From Albugo candida (Eukaryota), in assembly GCA_040437565.1 (NCBI GenBank), contig JBDOQK010000022.1, forward strand, positions 124,001-188,000: a DNA stretch of 64,000 bases, given 5' to 3'. Under the pieces are notes generated by a model. That model was given only the letters and a program-made list of their open reading frames with translations, was not told where the DNA came from and did no database searches. The translations under genes and the position numbers were made by a program. Positions 24,420 to 37,260 of this stretch are shown in pieces. Numbering within the stretch: the stretch's first letter is position 1; every line of letters begins with the position of its first letter.

Positions 24420-27340
24420 TCGATAACACAGTATCACATTTTTTGGTCACATTTCAATCAGCACACGAAAACAAGAACTATCTATAGGGCAAAAAATGCC
24501 TTGAGGAGCTTGCTTTATGCTTCACGTGATGATTCAAAGCTTTTTTTATCTTGGCTGTAGTTGACATTGTTTCGAGCGAAATTCGGAATTGTTTCGAAAC
24601 TCAATTTGAAATAATATCGTTAATGATAGGTGTCTTGAGTGCGATATCGAGCCGGCTCAGCTTCTCAGCACGCTGGATAGACTAAACATAACGTGAGCAA
24701 TCTTTCGCAAACTTTTTTCTTAAGTTCTTGTAGCTATTTTGTTTCGATGTTCGTATTCCAACGTTTCCACATTTTCTGGGGATTCGACATTACCCGCAAC
24801 AGTTNNNNNNNNNNNNNNNNNNNNNNNNNNNNNNNNNNNNNNNNNNNNNNNNNNNNNNNNNNNNNNNNNNNNNNNNNNNNNNNNNNNNNNNNNNNNNNNN
24901 NNNNTTCGTGTTGGCTTCAATTTGAATCTGTTGCGTGCGCCAATTTATCTTTGGGTTGTACTTGGTGAACAATGGTTGACCAAGTATCAGGTCATTTGTA
25001 TCCGGTGATTGCCATTCCGTGAACGGCATATTTGGGGACTCCATTCCTTCTATGCAAACGGTATCTTCCACTCTATTCGTGGGATGACTCGATGTCCACG
25101 TTCCATCAAAATGACGCGCTTGTACCTTCTGCGTGCTTAGCACTTTTGATGCTGGACCGGGTTAATTCAGGTTTGCTGAAGTACCAGGGTCGATCAAAAT
25201 CTTCACGAATTTGTCTCCAATGACACCATTCCGCACTAGTAGTCGACGCTGACCTGGAATGTCCGATCCATAGCTGCCTGATTTTAAGCCAATAGGTTCT
25301 AGTTAGGATTTTCTTTTGACTTCCACGACATTTATTGTGACACGATCGTAAACAATTGTTTCTTGTTTGTCCTAGCGGCTATCCACATTATTGACATGCT
25401 GCTGATTTGCATGCTGCTGATATTTCCGGTCTGAACGATTGTATGTTTTATCAGTACATGTTCGGCGATGATTACACTTTGCGCAGCGGTGATTTGGACT
25501 ACCGAACTTAAAGCTGAAATTTCGGCGGCGGAATTCGTCACGAGACGGAATCTTCACGTTGCTAATGTCCATTGCTTCTGGACCATTGTTAGATCGATAT
25601 TGATGACTGGTGTCGTGTGATCTATACATCTGTCTATCGTGTGCGTTTCCTTGGGAATATATGGGTGGATGAGAGCGGTCAAAGTCCAACGCAACAGTAA
25701 TAACTTCGGACAACGTTTTACAGCGAAGGTACTGAACTTCTTCCAGCGGACGACCTGTAAGTTCACGTAGGTAGTACATGATTTGGTCCAGCTCGCTCAT
25801 TTCTCGGACTTGAGTGACTTTGGGGCGAAACTTGCTCACATAATCTCGGAGAACCTTGCAATTGCGTTCTCTCATATTGGTAATATTTTCGCGTAGATGC
25901 TCTTGCAAATCAGTAAAAACGAATTTACTTCGACTTTGCTGAAGGTGGCGTCCACGTTTGTGACATACTGTTTCTACATCACATACTACTGAGCGGCTCC
26001 TTGCTTCAGTGTTCCACTAATGACGCATGTTTTTTTAGATAAAATTCCTGACTCTTCCAGTCCACTACTCTTGCAAATAAGTACGGCTCCACTTGCTCCT
26101 TGTAGAGTTGGAAAGATTCGTTTGATCTACCCCATTTGTCGGAAGCTTCACACATTCCAGCTTGATTTTTGATAGCTGTTTCGACTTTTGATATTGTTCG
26201 AGTAACTGCGATTTCTTATCCATAATCGCCACCATAGAGTACAGCAACTGTGCATGCTGATCTGCGGTATTCGGGGTAGACATTAGTGCGTAAATACAAT
26301 TATTAAATGAAGTTAACTTTTAGTTATATGTAGGTGGTTAGTCTGTGGTCTCTTGTTTTAATTTTGGTTTTGATATTTTGCTCTTTAGCGCTTCTCTTAA
26401 CAATCTTTTGTCCGGGTTCGAAGGCCTTTTCGACTTGGCGATCGGTTGTTGTTGGACGGGTACGACTTTGTACCCTGGTGGTCCAGAATAATGTACAACG
26501 GTTTTACTCTTGATTTTTGCGACCTCGAGTGATAGGCGCAAGTCACCGTTCTCTCAAAGCTGAGCAAGTCGGTTTCACTCTTGATTTTTGCGACCTCGAG
26601 CGAGATGCGCAGAGTCACCGTTCTCTCAAAGCTGAGCAAGTCGAGGCGTGCGCGCGTAAGCGAGCCTTGATGTTTTTGTGCGAGTCGGAGTGCTGAGCAT
26701 TTTCCAGGTGGTCCTCGAAGCCGCAATGAAAGGCGGCTGGTGTGACAGATCGATTCCAGTAGATCCGCGCGGCACTTGTTGGCTGATTTCGGCTTCTTTT
26801 GCGGACAGCTGGACCAGCGAGTCTTTGATGTCGATTTTCGTGGGTTGCTTACGCCGTTGACAGGTCAAGAACCAAAGTACTGACCTTTCGTCAACCAACT
26901 GACTTGTAACCGAAACGAGACGATTTATAGCGAATTAAGACCTCGCTCTCAATAACGATGGCAGTGCAAATGGCCCGGTAGGATTTAAAGCCAATGAAAA
27001 GAAGTCCCTGCCCTTGAAAGATTGGGACTTACGAATGGCTCTCCTAATCGCTGCTTTTGAGCGGAGACAGTGATGCGACGCGGACGGCGAGCAGGGCGGA
27101 GACGCCGGTGCTAAAGACGGCGTTGCTGCGAGTACCAACAAGTGCTACCAGATTTGGAGACTTGAGCTTCATTTTGTGTATTTTAAACTCAAAAGATCTA
27201 GGTCCTTAGTTTGCTACACTGTGCTTTCTCTAGGCCTGTCATCATAGATATTCTAGAAACTTAATAGTAAAGTCATCTCATGACGTCAGCCTTTGACGTC
27301 ATGGCTTATCCGATATGCATATAGTTGTGCAACACATCCG
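24420..27340 (-). mobile_element. Ty3/Gypsy LTR retrotransposon remnant (gag-protease and probable 5' LTR)
   Basis: Gag YVSKFR..VREMSELDQIMYY..L..EVQY..TLSEVITVAL..GPEAMDI with degenerate knuckle; protease C-terminus DLILGQPLFTKYNPKINW; PBS-like tggtagca near 27150. Boundaries approximate. Confidence 0.8.
26499..26643. repeat. Tandem duplication of an approximately 71-bp unit in the Gypsy leader
   Basis: actcttgatttttgcgacctcgag...agtcaccgttctctcaaagctgagcaagtcg occurs twice, with a few substitutions and no adjacent gap. Confidence 0.85.
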
Positions 27341-27399
27341 GGTACGTGCTCTGTCGTGTAATGCGTACCAGACGTCCTGAATTAGCTTATCATGCGCGC

Positions 27400-28150
27400 T
27401 GAAGAGGGCCAGCAATCAACTTCTTTGGACCATCGTGATGTGAGAGGTTTAGAGCCGCAAATTATTTCGGGAAAAAGTCAAGTTTGGTAGAAAGCTCGTC
27501 CATATCATTCCAGAGAAGGCCTCGCTTTTTTCACCCAAACCATGGAAACCAGCCCCTGATGCCCGCCTCTGAGCGTTACAACCATAAACGTTGGTGGGTA
27601 TAAGCTTGGTTTTACGTTGACCTTCATAACAGCTTCTTGTAATAAATCTCCATCAACAGCTACGGAGCGGGACAATCTTTTTGAGACAAGCAGTGTGGAT
27701 GGACTCAGGTACTGCGCTCAATAATCTTTAAGCTGGGCTTTATCGTCGCAGTATCATCTGAAATAGAATGATAGCCGACCTCTCTAACCCAGAATAGGCC
27801 TTCATCGTTCACTCGCATGATATTGTGCTGTCCTCGTAGTTGTACTTCATGTTGGCAAAGATGACTAGGTGCGTAGTGTCGCGGATGGAGATAGGTATAT
27901 CGGGGGGAAGCTGCTTAACGATTAGCTGCATCAGGGGTGTCCACACGATAGTGAGGTATATCGCAGTAGAAGCAATCGCGACGGAACGCAACACGAGGTG
28001 TACAGATTGCCTGTGTGCCTATTGAGGATGAAAGGCCTAGTCTAGGTGGCTCGTCAACCGCGAAGAACTGAAACAGATGTAAGCGCGTGGACCTGTTGTC
28101 GCGGACTTTCTGTGCGTGATGCTATGGGGACTGGTGAGCAGGAGCAGCAT
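27400..28150 (-). mobile_element. Possible LINE ORF1 end and AP-endonuclease start
   Basis: DCFYCDIPH, then LIPTNVYGCN...SHITMVQE, resembling the APE N-terminal NVxGxN...LQE pattern; same strand as the LINE RT at 23.4-24.4 kb. Confidence 0.35.
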
Positions 28151-29854
28151 TCAGGGTGCGTTGTTGCACAGTGGATGGAACCATGCGAGGCCGATACGTG
28201 CCTGGAAGAATAATCATTTTTTTTATTACGAAATTGAGGGAACAGTCTTCTTGGAAGCCACTTCTGACTCGACGTGAATAAAAAAATTCCTCCGATATAC
28301 GTTAAACAAACGTTGCACGTGCTATTATGTTAATGATCTTGACCCGAATTGAAGAACCATAAGCAAAACTTCATAAGGGGCATGGTCGTTTCATTGCAAG
28401 CCATAACACTTCATTTGCCTGGCCTAACCAGAATTATCGTGAACCAGCCACGTCTAGTGCTAAAATTGCCGGGTTTTCTAGTGTATATCGACCACAATTC
28501 GAACTTTTGAGGCCCTTGCTGCGATCAAGATGAGCTTTTTTCAACTTATAAAGGTGCTAGACCAGACCTCTGTGTAACAATGATTTAGAATTTGACGATC
28601 ATTTCTGCAAGATTGCGATGGAAAGGATAAGTGTGAGTGCGAGTACATTTCTTTCCGTTCTCGGTCTAAATTGGATGATTTGTCAGTATGACGACATAAT
28701 GTCAACGTTACATGTATTGCTTTGAGTCGTTTGGCATGTGCTTTTCTATGCTATGATAACCCAGGCATTGAAAGAAGTCAATTGGTCTGGTTCAAAGTAG
28801 TATTTACCCCTTCAGCTAAAAATTTCTATCTAACCTGCTAATGAAGTGTTCTAGTAAAGTGGCGTGAATTTTTCAATCCCTATGTCTCTCGAGTTTTTAA
28901 CGAGGATGGTTGCTGCATTAGCTTCGCGTCGAACGAAGGTGAGGCATTCTAACAGCAGGAGTTTCAAATCAACAAACATGTGAAAGAAAATTTTCATTTG
29001 CAACTAGGAATGTGTATGTTTGAAACCTGTTCTCTACNNNNNNNNNNNNNNNNNNNNNNNNNNNNNNNNNNNNNNNNNNNNNNNNNNNNNNNNNNNNNNN
29101 NNNNNNNNNNNNNNNNNNNNNNNNNNNNNNNNNNNNNCCTACAATTGAATTTGACAAGTTTTTTTGTCTTTTATTCGCCTACTAATTACTATGGGGTTTT
29201 GTGTTGGTCGCATTATATAGAAGTAGTATGGGAACTACCGACGCCCAATGTCGCAGTAGTCCTGCCAATCGTAGCAGTAGTGTCCATCATGTGGTATGTG
29301 ATATGTGATATGTCGCCATACCATGATATGGAGTTTCACTGTCGAGAGTCGAAAGTGAAATACGGACGGCTACGTAGTCTCAGTCGGCCTAGTAGTAATT
29401 GTCGAATGGGACTGTAGGCAGGCAAACTCGTTCACATGAGGAGGCAAGAAAGAGAAAGGTAAACAGAATTAGGAATATTGACGAAGATAGCACGAATTGA
29501 TTTGATCCTGAGAAGTGTTCATGCTTGTTACTAGATCGAGTTCAGAGGTTTCATTTGAGCAAATGAATTAGACGGCACATTGTTGGCAGGATCAAGCAGA
29601 TGACCATAACGGATACCAAAAACAGTTAGCTAAGTCCTATTCTGATGCATAATCTTGTCGGGGTTATCTTTATCAGTGCTCATTGAGTTCTCATTAGTGG
29701 AGGAGGACTTTAACAGCTGCGAGCGTTTCCTCTTCCTGGATTCTTGGCCGCCAGCAGAGACTGCTTCAACAATTTCTGTCATCGCCAATCTGTGGGTTCC
29801 TGTTCTACTACTGCTGAGGTTTCCCGTAACTGCTTCTTCCCCATCTCCAAGCAG

Positions 29855-31400
29855 CTAAATGTCTGAAAAGGTAGAAGGCTGCGCAACTTCATCTTTTAGT
29901 TCAATCATCCCTTCATCCTCCATGTAGTTGGAATGCTCACTGTCAACATCCTGATCGTCAATATCTTTGCTACTGTGCGCCGTTGCACCGATGTTTTCGC
30001 CCTCGTTGAAACCCGATGGATTATCGGCCGCCTCCTGCTTCTCAGGAGTTGCCTTCAGAGCCACCATAGCGTCCAAGATTTTCTCCTTCCTGTAGTCTTG
30101 TAAACTACGAGATATTTGCTTAGCATTCAAGCTCACAAAGGTCTGCTTCTGTACTTTCCCTCCTGAAAGCCGAGTCATTGTATTGTTGTGCACATGATTT
30201 GCAGCTTGTCACCGCCTCCACCACTACTAGGATTACTATGTACATGATTTGATAGCGGCACAAAATTGGAATACTTATCCTGCATCTGCGACCACAACAG
30301 TGCCGGTTTCATTTCCGTGCTATAGCAAATAAGTCTATGCTTCCGCCTTTCTGATGCGATACCTTGCCCACTATTCCGAATGTGACCATAATGGGTCCGA
30401 AGGATTTTTCCAAGTATTTGTTTATTCCGTTCTGCCAGACACCAACTCATTCGATGGTTATTACAACTCTCGATAAGCGTTTTTATTATGAGTTTGGTGC
30501 ATGGTTTCGACGAGCAAGAACTGTGCGTGGTCACTACTGGTTCCTCACACGATAATTTTATCAAGTCTGTGGAATTACACCATGCACGTGGACACAACAG
30601 CGGAGACTATTCGAAAGTGGCAATCGTTACGACATTAATGTGTGCTTTGTTGGAGATACAAGAAGATTCGAAGCGCGTTCACCTGATCATCAAATATTTT
30701 TATACCTTCGTCGGCAGGATGGTGGAAGAAACAAAATTTGTTGTTGGGACGACTGAAGCTACAAAAGCATTTAATTCAATCAGACGTTCGCACCCGCTGC
30801 GTCGACAATTATTCGACAATTATTCCGGCGAACTAGACAACTACTTCTACGGAACTATCACAAGTCGTCCAACCTTGTTTTGGACCACACAAGCCGATGG
30901 ATATATTCAGTATTGCACCTCATGGGCATAGAAAAATGATTCAATGGTATAAAACATATTCTTGATGGAATCATGCATCTGAAATTTAGCATGATACAAA
31001 TTGGAGCATTACAACTTCAGATTAAAATAGTCTTTCAAGCCGCCAGTACTACGTAAAAAATCTGGTAAATTGTGACGAAGCATTACATTACAAAGCTGCT
31101 AAGCGCAATCCGAGTACGCAAAAGTTTTGGTACAATCTTGGCATAGGGGACGAACGACATCGCACATTTCGGAAATTGATTGCCATAGCTTTTGAGATGC
31201 GAATTCTTCAATACTTTTTAAAGATTGCGACAAATGGTCAAAAAAGATAGCATTCGTTGGCAACACGACCACAACGAAGAGCTGAATACATCGGATTTGG
31301 CTGAATAAAGCTATAGAGCTGACTTTACAATGAAGGAAAGTGCTTTCCAGCATTCATACTTTGTATCTGCATGAAACTGTCAGCTGATGTACTGTACTGA
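29855..31400 (-). mobile_element. Second hAT transposase remnant (C-terminal dimerisation domain clearest)
   Basis: PALLWSQMQDKYSNFVPLSNHVHSNPSSGGG...HNNTMTRLSGGKVQKQTFVSLN resembles the hAT dimerisation domain, followed by an acidic tail. Upstream extent uncertain. Confidence 0.6.
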
Positions 31401-32219
31401 AGTCATCAACACGAATCGCATAGATGGAGACAAGAGGAACAACTTTCTGTGTTCAATAAAAGGCTTAGTTCATCGCTATGCATCGTATGGTTTCCAGAGA
31501 CTCCGTTTTTAGCTGAAGAAACATTTAATTCATTCGACTGACGTTAGATGTGGTATCATCCGTCGTAGATTAAGAATATGGTCGGGTAATTTTTTTTGTT
31601 CGTACAATTTTTTGTTGTGGTCACTCTTATTGATATTTTCGGTTGCACCACCAGGTGACCGCACGTTCACAGGAAATTTGCGATGCCTAAATCAACTTCT
31701 AGCGTTCCCAAAACGATTTTTTTTGCGCTCGGTTAGTTGTTTTCTTGTATTCCATAATTTTCTCGCACTCAGCGATCAATTGCTCCAGATCTGATCCAGC
31801 ATTTTTCTTGCCTTCTATCCTTTCCTTATAAGCTTTGGTTGCATACTTTTCTTCTTATTCATGATTAAATTTTAAAATTCTGAACTGTTGAGAAGGATTA
31901 AAAAATAGTAGCATCATTGGAATGAGGTGACTTGGCCAGATACAAGCGGGCTGTCGAAAGACTAATCTGTCTGGGGCCTTACTTGTTAATCGATAGACAC
32001 CCTTTCCATAAATAACGAAATAATGAACGACAAATCTGAAGGAAGCTTCGGAGAAGGACGCACTAATCAGGTGTATGTGACGCCCCCATCGGGTACGCTG
32101 TTTTTTTATCCTCTTTTAAAATCGTTTTCAGCTTCTCCGTATGAGTTCGTAGCTCCATGATGCTGCTTCTACGTACTCAATTTCTACAACTGTTTACGAT
32201 ATCCTTCTTTTATGCTATC

Positions 32220-32507
32220 TCATTGCAGTAGGCAACTCATTAGTAATCCTATACAAAAATTGCCAAGTAGAATAACCACCAAGATCGCAACAAGAACAAC
32301 GTAAATGTCCACCGACATGGGATCTAAAGTCCAAAGAAGCTTCGTTTCATTCCAGTCGCGTCGTTCGTTCTTGAACCCGTATCTGCGCTCGCAACTTATC
32401 GTTCTGTGTAACGTGACCTCAAATTTCTTCGGAATCAGTGATGGGCCAAAAAAAATCAACAAAAAGCAGAGTAAAGCTGCCAAAAAGGTAATCCTCCACC
32501 ATGCCAT
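32220..32507 (-). CDS. Putative small membrane protein (95 aa, two hydrophobic segments)
   Basis: ATG-initiated ORF with N- and C-terminal hydrophobic helices; no recognised family. Confidence 0.25.
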   Translation of the reverse strand: MAWWRITFLAALLCFLLIFFGPSLIPKKFEVTLHRTISCERRYGFKNERRDWNETKLLWTLDPMSVDIYVVLVAILVVILLGNFCIGLLMSCLLQ

Positions 32508-33208
32508 GTATCAACTTCAGCGGTATTTTACACCCAATAGATGTCACAGAGGGTAAACTAGGAGAGCTTATACTTGTGATGAATAAAGCCACAATATTGA
32601 GACTACTACAGTGTGTCGTATCTCGCATCTGCTCTACTCGATCCGACCGAGAATAATAAGCTCACTTTCTTATCTACATTATCTGAGCGAGGATGAAGAA
32701 AAATCAACTGCTACTATTTCGATGACTCTTTGAAGCGTCGCAGTGTATATAACTAGTATACCATCACCATAGGATTGTGGAAGATGCACTCGATCGAGAG
32801 TGAAAGGGGCTTCTACAGACTGTATTATACGAAAGTGAAGGATCAAGACACCGTAAAGCTATTCAAGCCGTCCGCACGCAAGCGGCAACTCATACACAAT
32901 GAGAATCTCCGTTTTCGAGGGCTTTATAAACCCCCAGAGATATTCGTAGTCGTCGGTGTTGTTCTTATAGCGACTATAATTTCGCTAGTGTTGAACAATG
33001 TCTGGCCACTCTACTTCAACTAAACACGAATTGAGCAACGAGTCGGGTCAGCTTCCGCTCTATGCGACATCGCTACTGTCGTTTAACCGTGCATCGCATG
33101 TGGACTCTCAGGACGGTAGTGCAGGGGTCCATCCCAGCATAGTTAAGATCTTCGCCCGTAGTACTTATATTTAGACACCGTTTGTTACTACCATTAGGTG
33201 TTTATCTA

Positions 33209-33445
33209 CTTTGTCAAGGACTTCATTACACTGTTTATCTGGTTCTTTAACTACCTTCCTTATCCCCCTTACCGTGTGAATATCACTTAAGTCTGACTCT
33301 AAACCTAGGGAGGCAGATATTTTCTAAGCTCAATGCTAGGGTAGGCTCAAACCGCTGCCCACACTGCCGGGATCGAACTAACGACCACCGGCAGGTATCC
33401 GTGCGCTCAAGTGGTTAACCAACTGAGCTGGGTACGGACCCCTTC
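33209..33445 (-). mobile_element. tRNA-derived SINE, copy 3
   Basis: Reverse complement of the SINE; 12-bp TSD ggtgtttatcta at 33197-33208 and 33446-33457. Confidence 0.88.
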
Positions 33446-33629
33446 GGTGTTTATCTAATTCAGTCTAATCACTAGTATTTAACGCTCTGAAGAGCCCGGT
33501 CCAACTCCTGTACAGCTATTTTCTGCTTTAGTTGCCAGCGGTCCCTACACGTCCATATCTTCATTGAGTAGGTTGATATTTACGTGGAGGAATCTTTGCC
33601 TCCGCCGAGGGGCCCCATCGCAGCCCTTT

Positions 33630-33857
33630 ACCTCTAGCTCAGTCGGTTAAGTGAGTGTACCTTTGCCGGAGGTCATTAGTTCGATCCCCGGCAGTGTGGG
33701 CAGCGGTTTGAGCCCACCCAAGCAATAAGCCTAGAAAATATCTGCCTCCCTAGGTTTAGAGTCAGACTTAAGTGATATTCACACGGTCAGGGGCTCATGA
33801 TAGGATAAGGAAGGTAGTTAAAGAACCAGATAAAGAGTAGAATGAAATCCTTGACAA
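33630..33857 (+). mobile_element. tRNA-derived SINE, copy 4
   Basis: agctcagtcggttaag...gttcgatccccggcagtgtgggcagcgg...aatgaaatccttgaca; no clear TSD. Confidence 0.88.
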
Positions 33858-34259
33858 TCAGTACGGCCTTGCAATCCAAAACATTCGTGCAACAGCATAA
33901 TGTTCGTGCAACATGTGTTACAATGCTGCATGATGATGCATCCTTTAAGGTGAAGGGTGTCAATTGCGGCAAACGGACGCGTCTCAACAACATGCTTCCG
34001 CAAGTTGCGACGTTCATACGCTTAATGTTATGCCTTCACCTTCATATGAAAATCTTGGCACCACTTTTCTTGTTGTCCATGGTCTCTGCGAGTAGACCGA
34101 GCGTATCACAGAAGTGTGATTTTTTCCATGTGTCGCTGCAAATACAAGCTCACACATGCGTGAAATCGTACGCTTCTTGTTTCTCACTACGCTCTTTTGT
34201 CAACCACAGAGCTTGAAACGAGACCAAATGTGAACGTACCTAGTCTATAGGCTCATTGA

Positions 34260-34482
34260 TTGTAAAGGATCTCATTACACTGTTTATATGGTTCTTCAAA
34301 TACCTTCTTTATCCTATCATTAGCCCCTGACCGTGTCAATATCATTTAGGTCTGGCTTCAAACCTAGGGAAGCAGATATTTTCCAAGCTTTTTATCTTGG
34401 GTGGGCTCGAACCGCTACCCACACTACCGTGGATACCACCAGCAGGGGATTCGCGCGCTCAGAATAAGCTGGGACGAACCCC
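34260..34482 (-). mobile_element. tRNA-derived SINE, copy 5 (more diverged head)
   Basis: Reverse-complement match through the body; B box eroded; imperfect TSD taggctcatt/taggttcatt. Confidence 0.8.
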
Positions 34483-34610
34483 AAGTGTCTAGGTTCATTA
34501 TGTATGCACACGCAGCAGTTGACAAACGTATGACTGAGAATTTGAGAAAATCTAGATTTTTAATCTACTAGTGATCGTCTCGATTGAAATAAGAATAGAG
34601 CTCTGTCTGG

Positions 34611-34624
34611 ATGAAGCAGCTGCG
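34611..34624 (+). promoter_or_regulatory. Conserved upstream element ATGAAGCAGCTGCG
   Basis: 273 bp upstream of ATG 34884; an oomycete Inr-like gctcattc lies near 34838. Confidence 0.5.
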
Positions 34625-34883
34625 ACTTCGCGCTTTGCAACATTGAAGGTGCATTCATTCGTTGAAATTAAAAATTGTGTAAGGCATTGAAGCCAATGTT
34701 CTCCTTCGAACCGATTCTTCTGGTGAATATGTAACGATTACACTAAACTTGCTTCTCTCCTTGAAATAGAGTTGCAAATCGACTGAATATAGTGTGATCA
34801 ATATTACTTGATTTTCCTTTCACGGATGTCTTAGATGGCTCATTCAAATTCATTCAGCAATTGGATCTTGACTGACTACGCCG

Positions 34884-35130
34884 ATGCAACCACAACGGCT
34901 CTCACGCATTCTCGCGTTGGCTTTTGCAACGTGTCAGCTGCACGTGGATTATGATGAACTTTATAAACGACTATACCGCCTGATAGTTAGACGGATCCGT
35001 ACTCTGTACAGTTATTTTTTACATTATTACACCCGCTTTCTCGATGGAGCAGGGAAGGAACGGTTGACCGTCACGAAGATTGATACTCCCGGTATCGTCT
35101 TTGCCATCACTGCATCATGGCGTGCATTAC
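34884..35130 (+). pseudogene. 5' part of an effector-like paralog split by a Copia insertion
   Basis: MQPQRLSRILALAFATCQLHV..LYRL..GAGKERLTVTKID..FAITASWRAL matches the N-terminus of 19215 and ends at TSD attac. Confidence 0.85.
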
Positions 35131-35178
35131 CGTTCAAATATGCTCGATATATCATATAAAAGAGATTCTGACCTTTAT

Positions 35179-37260
35179 GGCTGTGACTATTGCCACAGAG
35201 GTTTGGACCAATGCCATAGACAAAACATCTTCGATTAGCGAATTTGTGTAAACTAGTATGATTGGCTACTTTGTGTAAACCAATGTGATTCATCGATAGG
35301 ATGACTATATTACAGCGTCAACCTAAGATACATGTTAGAATTTCCTCTATGATATTTTTCTTGCAATTATCAGAATCCGAGAGGGGTCCTGCTGCACCAT
35401 GAGCTCTGCAAAAGCAATTTTGAGCATTTCCTTGGGTTTCATAATTCAAAACTAGATCAATTGCGTCCCTTCGATCCATTTGTTGCCGGGGGCTCCCTTT
35501 GAGGCGTGCAATAACTGGCTCTTGCAAATTTTTTGCAATTTGTTGCGAAAGTGGCTGAAGTTCGTCGAGTGTTGTTCCATGCTGATGGTCTGGCAAGGCC
35601 CCAAATCAGTCGGCTACTTGATCAAGTAACATCGGGACACTTTTGGCTGGCCTCAACGGAAGAGGACTTAGTTGGTGCAGCTTAGCCAAGTGCCAATGCG
35701 GATGGATGTAGCTCATTCGCAAGTTTTGCTTTGACGCAGGTATTGACGCAATTTGTGCATGCAGGGAAGACCCCAGATTATCATTCAATAGCTAGGTATA
35801 ACTTTTCGCAGCTCGAAAGAAGGTTGTTCATGCTAGTTAACATGTATTGCTTGATCATGTGGGGAGAACTTTCACCGCGCGAGGTTTCAGTATGATCGAA
35901 ATGCGCTATAAATTCAGTCCAAGCAGCAACAAACACTTGTTTGTAGGGAATCCATATTTCAATAATGTATATGATGATTGCACTGTCTACAGTAATTCAA
36001 AACGTTTCCATATGTCATCAAAGGAGCCTTCTGTTTTTTCATACATGATTGCCCTCCTTTCCTTCATGAAGGCTGTCCATTTTTCTTCTATTAGAACATA
36101 TGCTTTGCATTTTTTCACTAGGTCTTGTTCAATATGCCATACACATAAAAGAATTTGGGAAACGGGGGGGGGTTGAATTCTTGTAATCAGCACAAGCTCG
36201 GGATCAAGGATATGAACTAAAAAGATGTTCATTGCTGAAGGGTATAAGGATTGACTCTCGTTCGTCATGAAAACAAATGCGACAGTAAATATTTTATACA
36301 TTGCCGAGCACCCAACGAGATGCAACAACGGAAGCTATAAAGCATTTGTCTTGTATTTGGAATCCACCAGAAAAATGTCATGGTGACTCCTACCCATCTC
36401 TGTAGATCTTGAATGGGCACAGTATAGGTAACAAATTTTGCCATTTTCATTTCTCACTGTTGTTTCAAAATCAAATTGCAGTCTGCAAAATTTCTGTACA
36501 AGAGCATCTATCGATTATCGGCCTTCTGAAGCTTTGAGGATTGCGGCTCTAGTCCACGATCATTCCGCAAACATGTTTGAATGTTTTTCGTGGGGACCCC
36601 AGCATGATAGAATCCAGCTATTGTCTTTTCCATTTCTGGATCGAGTCTGAGGTTGACAGGATGGGCACTTATGGAGGTGGATGGCATATGGTTATGATCC
36701 TCTTCAGTCAAATGGAATGTCCAATACAGTTTATCCTGTGTGGCTTTCAAGCGGAATAGACAATTGGCAAGTAATGTTGAGGTCTATCGTGTTCTAATCT
36801 CATCACTAGACCAATCCGATTGCGGTATGACCCTCCTAGGTCACATTTGTAATGTACCGTATAGTGACAACCACACTGCTTGTCGGATGATTTTTTGTCA
36901 CTATACTATAGCCTTGGGTGACAGCGAGTTCATTTAATGCCTTTTCCATCGATTTAACAGAAGTACATTCAATTACAACAAGTCCGTTTGGTGGCTACAG
37001 AAATTGTTATGAACAATGACATCAGATTCTTTCGTGTATATTGATTCTGTTGTTTGCTTGAAAGCCGTAAATATTCGCAACTCAATGAATCTTGCTGCGT
37101 GGTAGGAAGTGAAGCGAGGAATTGCGAAAACCTCGAAACTTGTAAGGTGTTGTGTATCAATCTTACGTCGACGCAGTATTATATAAAATAAGTTTACACA
37201 AATTAGCCGATTGGACATGTTTTGTCTATGGCATTAGTCAAAACGCCTGTGGCCATAGTA
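35179..37260 (-). mobile_element. Mutator/FAR1-like DNA transposon nested in the Copia LTR
   Basis: About 75-bp TIRs (actattgccacagaggtttggaccaatgccatagacaaaacat...tttgtgtaaact, with its inverse at 37190-37260). Degenerate TSD acctttatg/acccttacg. Transposase fragments WTFHLTEEDHNH, FTVAFVFMTNES and LLCVWHIEQD. Confidence 0.85.

Noticed and set aside
26499-26643. CRISPR-like repeat
   Set aside because: Only two adjacent units without spacers, in a eukaryotic retroelement leader; no cas genes.
30488-30931. 147-aa plus-strand ORF
   Set aside because: Lies within hAT debris with no confident motif; probably a transposase fragment or chance ORF.
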